Assembly (NCBI GenBank): GCA_963732385.1
Contig: CAVSZB010000006.1
Span: 1-64,000, forward strand
Length of the DNA: 64,000 bases
DNA from: an uncultured bacterium
GTDB lineage: Bacteria; Krumholzibacteriota; Krumholzibacteriia; LZORAL124-64-63
Direction of reading: 5' to 3'
Below are positions 60,617 through 64,000 of the stretch, in pieces (positions within the stretch are counted from its first letter, which is position 1; each line of letters begins with the position of its first letter). The notes under the pieces were generated by a model. It was not told the origin of the DNA, did no database searches, and saw only the letters and a list, made by a program, of their open reading frames with translations. The position numbers and the translations under genes are program-made.

Positions 60617-61570
60617 ATGTCGGATTCCGCTCCCACGGCACTCGTCTGCGAGGAGGTGTACCTGTGCCACGATACCGGGGCCGGCCACCCCGAACGGCCC
60701 GCGCGCCTGCTGGCCATTCTGGAAGCGCTGGCGGCGGCCGGTCTCGACGAGTGCCTGGCCCATCTCGACGCTCGTCCCGCCACCGACGACGACCTGACCC
60801 TCGTGCACACGCCCGCCTACGTGGACCTGGTCACGCGGGAGTGCCAGACCTCCGAGCCGGTGCAACTCAGCACCGGCGACGCCACCATCGGTCCCGGCAG
60901 CGACCGCGTGGCGCGCCTGGCCGTCGGCGGGGTGCTGGCCGCCTGCGACGCGGTGCAGGCCGGCGGCGCCCGCAACGCTTTCTGCGCCGTGCGTCCCCCG
61001 GGTCACCACGCCTTGCCGGACGCCGGCATGGGTTTCTGCATCTTCAACCACGTGGCGATCGCGGCACGACACCTGCAGCGCCGTCGCGGCTTGGCGCGCG
61101 TACTGGTGGCCGACTTCGACTGCCACCACGGCAACGGCACCGAGGAGACATTTTACGCCGACCCCACGGTCTTCACCTTCAGTTGCCACGACCGCCACGC
61201 CTTTCCCCGGACCGGGCTGCCGGAGCGGCGCGGGATCGGCGCGGGTGAGGGGTTCAATCTGAACGTCGCCCTGCGCGCGGGGGCCACCGACGACGATCTG
61301 CTTGCGGCGCACGAGCAGATTCTGGTCCCCGCCGCGCGCGCGTTCGCCCCCGACTTCCTGCTCGTGGCCGCCGGCTTCGACGGCCACGTGAGCGATCCGC
61401 TCGGCAATCTGGCGCTGACCGAGCGCGGTTTTGCGGCAGTGGGGCGCCTGCTGCGTAAACTCGCCGAAGAACTGTGCGGCGGGCGGGCGGTGGCCGTGCT
61501 CGAAGGGGGCTACGATCGGCGCGCGCTCGGCGCGAGCGTGGTCGCCTTCCTGGAGGAGTGGAGCCGCTGA
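60617..61570 (+). CDS. Histone deacetylase-family amidohydrolase
   Basis: HPERPARL, RPPGHHA, GFCIFN, DFDCHHGNGT, AGFD, LEGGY. Confidence 0.95.
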   Translation: MSDSAPTALVCEEVYLCHDTGAGHPERPARLLAILEALAAAGLDECLAHLDARPATDDDLTLVHTPAYVDLVTRECQTSEPVQLSTGDATIGPGSDRVARLAVGGVLAACDAVQAGGARNAFCAVRPPGHHALPDAGMGFCIFNHVAIAARHLQRRRGLARVLVADFDCHHGNGTEETFYADPTVFTFSCHDRHAFPRTGLPERRGIGAGEGFNLNVALRAGATDDDLLAAHEQILVPAARAFAPDFLLVAAGFDGHVSDPLGNLALTERGFAAVGRLLRKLAEELCGGRAVAVLEGGYDRRALGASVVAFLEEWSR

Positions 61571-61625
61571 TGACAGGCGAGGGGCGCTCGGGCGGGCGCC
61601 CCCTTCCTGTCCGTGAACCGCGGCG

Positions 61626-62558
61626 TCAGCGGTACGTACGCTTGACCCCGCCCCACGAGGCGCCATCGATCGGTGTCGGATCGCTGTCGGTCACGACCCA
61701 GGCGCCGGGGTTCCAGGATGCGACGCCCGTCTGCGTGCCGAACGTCGTCATAATGCAGCGGTACGGCTCGATGTTGGCCTCGAGCAGCAGGCCGTCGGGA
61801 TCGGTGGACTGCGCGTAGTAGCCGATCCAGCGCGGCTGGCCAACGCCGACCGCGAACTGGGCCGCGCCGAGGATTTCGACCAGCGGCACGTCGCCCACGG
61901 AGAGGCGGCCCACCAGCGCCCGGACCTCGTCCGCCACGGCCCAGCGCCAGCCGGGGTGGGCGGTCAGCCAGATCGCGATCTCCGCGCGCGTCAGGCCGAC
62001 GAACTGCGCGGGGTCGGACCAGTAGAGCCCCGTGGCCTGGTCCAGGAAGTACTGCCCCGCGCTGCCCGCGTTCTGCAGGCGCGGCTGCGTCGTCGGATCG
62101 CCGGCGTTGACGAACCAGCCGCCCGGATTCCACGTCGCCACGCCGCTCTGAGAGCCGGGATCGACGAGCACGGCGTTGTCCTCGGACTGGATGAGCCACC
62201 CGTCGGGGACGAGGCCGGCGTAGTAGCCGATCCAGCGCGGCCAGTCGGAGCCGACGGTCCACTGCCGGGGACCCATGACGTCTTCGAGGCTCGAACCGGA
62301 CGGGGCCGTGCTGCCGGCGAGGGCGTCGATCTGCGCGCTCGAGGCCCAGGTCCAGCCCGTGGAGTTGTTGACGATGAAGACGTCGAGCTGATCGCGCTCC
62401 GCTTCGGTCAGAATGTCCGGATCGCACCACGTCAGGCCCGAGGCGGGATCGTAGAAGAATTCGCCGTGGGCGCCGCGATCGGCGAGCTCGGCGGCGCCGC
62501 CGACGGCGGCGCCCGCCAGCAGGATCGCAGCGGCGATCGTCAGGGCACGCAGCAACAT
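61626..62558 (-). CDS. Secreted protein with two tandem domains and C-terminal SWGGVKRTYR motif
   Basis: AAGGAG RBS, signal peptide, duplicated DxxxGLxWxDP…GWxWA…PRWIGYYA…WNPG. Confidence 0.85.
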   Translation of the reverse strand: MLLRALTIAAAILLAGAAVGGAAELADRGAHGEFFYDPASGLTWCDPDILTEAERDQLDVFIVNNSTGWTWASSAQIDALAGSTAPSGSSLEDVMGPRQWTVGSDWPRWIGYYAGLVPDGWLIQSEDNAVLVDPGSQSGVATWNPGGWFVNAGDPTTQPRLQNAGSAGQYFLDQATGLYWSDPAQFVGLTRAEIAIWLTAHPGWRWAVADEVRALVGRLSVGDVPLVEILGAAQFAVGVGQPRWIGYYAQSTDPDGLLLEANIEPYRCIMTTFGTQTGVASWNPGAWVVTDSDPTPIDGASWGGVKRTYR

Positions 62559-62709
62559 GGCCGGAGCTCCTTCTCGGTATCGGGTGGGCAGGCAAAACGC
62601 TGAACGGGCAGGTTCATAGCACGGGCGCGGCGATGAATCAATGACCGAGCTTGGGCGTGGATGCCCGCTACGGCTCCCTCGCCCGGGACGTTAAGACTCC
62701 GATTTGATG

Positions 62710-62733
62710 AGGGGCGCCCCGACGGGCGCCCCT
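62710..62733. terminator. GC-rich hairpin downstream of the PDZ gene
   Basis: AGGGGCGCCC/GGGCGCCCCT stem; a similar hairpin lies at 61580-61605. Confidence 0.5.
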
Positions 62734-62768
62734 TCCGGATGAAGCGAAATGGGTGGGATGAACGGGGG

Positions 62769-63899
62769 TCAGCGCTTGCGGCTCATCTCCTCGCGCAGGC
62801 GCTCGACCTCCACGCGCAGCTCCTGCAACTCCTTGCGCAGCGCCTGGGTGCTGCCGCCCTGCTCCGCCTCGGGGGCGAAGCGGCGGATGATGATCTTGCG
62901 TTCGCCATCTCCGGCCTCTTCATCCTCGATGGCCGTTTCGTCCTCGCAGGGGCCGGAAAACTTGTGGATGTACACGTTGTCGGGGTCGCCATCCCGGAAC
63001 ATGCGCTTCAGGGTGCGGGGCTGCCGGTCGCGGGGCGGGTCGCCGAGCGTTACTTCGAACGTGCGCTCGGCATGATCGCGCAAAACGGTGACGCTGAGCT
63101 TGTCGCCCGGCTCGGCCTTGCGCAGGGCGCTCCGCACGTCATCGGGACCGCTGAGGGCGCGATCGTTCGCGCGCAGGATCACGTCGCCCGCCTCGATGCC
63201 GGCCCGCGCGGCCGGGGAGTCATCGATGACCTCGTTGACCAGGACCCCCTCGCCTTCGGGGGCGCCGAAGTAGCGGCCGAGCTGTTCCGTCAGAACACCC
63301 ATCTGTACGCCGAGGAAGGCAAACGGTTCGTCGCCCATGGTCCACATCATGGGAGACTGTTCGCCGTCGCCCTCGCCGCGGTGCATGAAGATCATCCGGT
63401 CGCCCAGACCCTTGTGCAGGGCTTCGAGACCGGGGGCGAAGCCGGCGGCCGGTGTTTTGCGGCTGCCGAGCTTCACCTTGATGGTCTTCTTCTCTCCCTC
63501 GCGAATGACGACGACCGGCACCCGGTTGCCCGGTTTCGCGCCGCGGACGGCGCTGGTCAGCTCGCCGGCGTCGCGCACGCGCAGGCCATCGAACCTGACG
63601 ATGACGTCGCCATCGAGCAGGCCGGCGGCGGCGGCCGGCGAGTCTTCGATGACCCGGTTCACCAGCGCCCCCTCGCCGTTGCGCAGGTCGAGGGCCTTCG
63701 CCATTTCCGCGTCGACATCCTGCAGTTCGACGCCGAGCCAGGCCTGGTGCGGGATTGCCGGTGGTTCGGGGCCCTCCGGCGGGGCCGGGGGGGCGGTGTG
63801 GCGGGGCGCGGCGGCGGCTCCGCTGGCCATGGCGAGCGTCAACAGGCCCGCGATCGCCAGAACGGCCGGCAGCGCGCCGGTCATGATCCTCCTGCGCAT
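62769..63899 (-). CDS. Secreted tandem-PDZ protein without a protease domain
   Basis: Signal peptide; WLGV…SPAAAAGL..GDVI and FLGV…SPAARAGI.AGDVI; C-terminal coiled coil. Confidence 0.9.
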   Translation of the reverse strand: MRRRIMTGALPAVLAIAGLLTLAMASGAAAAPRHTAPPAPPEGPEPPAIPHQAWLGVELQDVDAEMAKALDLRNGEGALVNRVIEDSPAAAAGLLDGDVIVRFDGLRVRDAGELTSAVRGAKPGNRVPVVVIREGEKKTIKVKLGSRKTPAAGFAPGLEALHKGLGDRMIFMHRGEGDGEQSPMMWTMGDEPFAFLGVQMGVLTEQLGRYFGAPEGEGVLVNEVIDDSPAARAGIEAGDVILRANDRALSGPDDVRSALRKAEPGDKLSVTVLRDHAERTFEVTLGDPPRDRQPRTLKRMFRDGDPDNVYIHKFSGPCEDETAIEDEEAGDGERKIIIRRFAPEAEQGGSTQALRKELQELRVEVERLREEMSRKR

Positions 63900-64000
63900 G
63901 ATGGACTCCTCTCAAAGGGAAGGCGACCGTCGGGGGGTGGGAAGTCAAACCCCGGCCGACGGACCGGGGTTCCCATAAACCGGTCGCGCTGCCGACGCCT

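Overview
GC-rich bacterial window. The FlgD-Ig-like 'PNPFNPRTTIRF' C-terminal domains and 'SWGxVKxxYR' C-termini suggest an FCB-group lineage such as Ca. Krumholzibacteriota/Latescibacterota; this is inferred from motifs, with no database search. Positions 1-7 kb are accessory: secreted proteins, a repeated intergenic element, a GH25 lysozyme frameshifted in its tail, a PD-(D/E)XK nuclease, a RAMA-like gene remnant and a DDE insertion sequence. Next come a giant glycosyltransferase, a hybrid histidine kinase, a 2B-less UvrD-like helicase, a DUF3326-like gene coupled to a PLP decarboxylase, tpx, a tricorn protease, an MFS transporter, an in-frame ArsR-ArsM fusion and a TetR/HlyD/ABC/TolC efflux operon. 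These are followed by CheX, a Ser/Thr dehydratase, a CPA2 antiporter, TerC, a complete phoBR-porin-pstSCAB-phoU locus, an ECF sigma/anti-sigma/DUF4097 operon and CorA. The last 11 kb hold an IS110/IS1111-type element, a porin, SppA, an HDAC and further secreted proteins. Main leads: (i) a putative short C-terminal sorting signal on three unrelated secreted proteins; (ii) an IS1111-type element whose bridge-RNA-like guides match the Tyr-Arg-stop codons ending one of those genes, exactly where it is inserted; (iii) the DUF3326-decarboxylase pair; (iv) two unexplained repeat families. No rRNA, tRNA or CRISPR array was seen.
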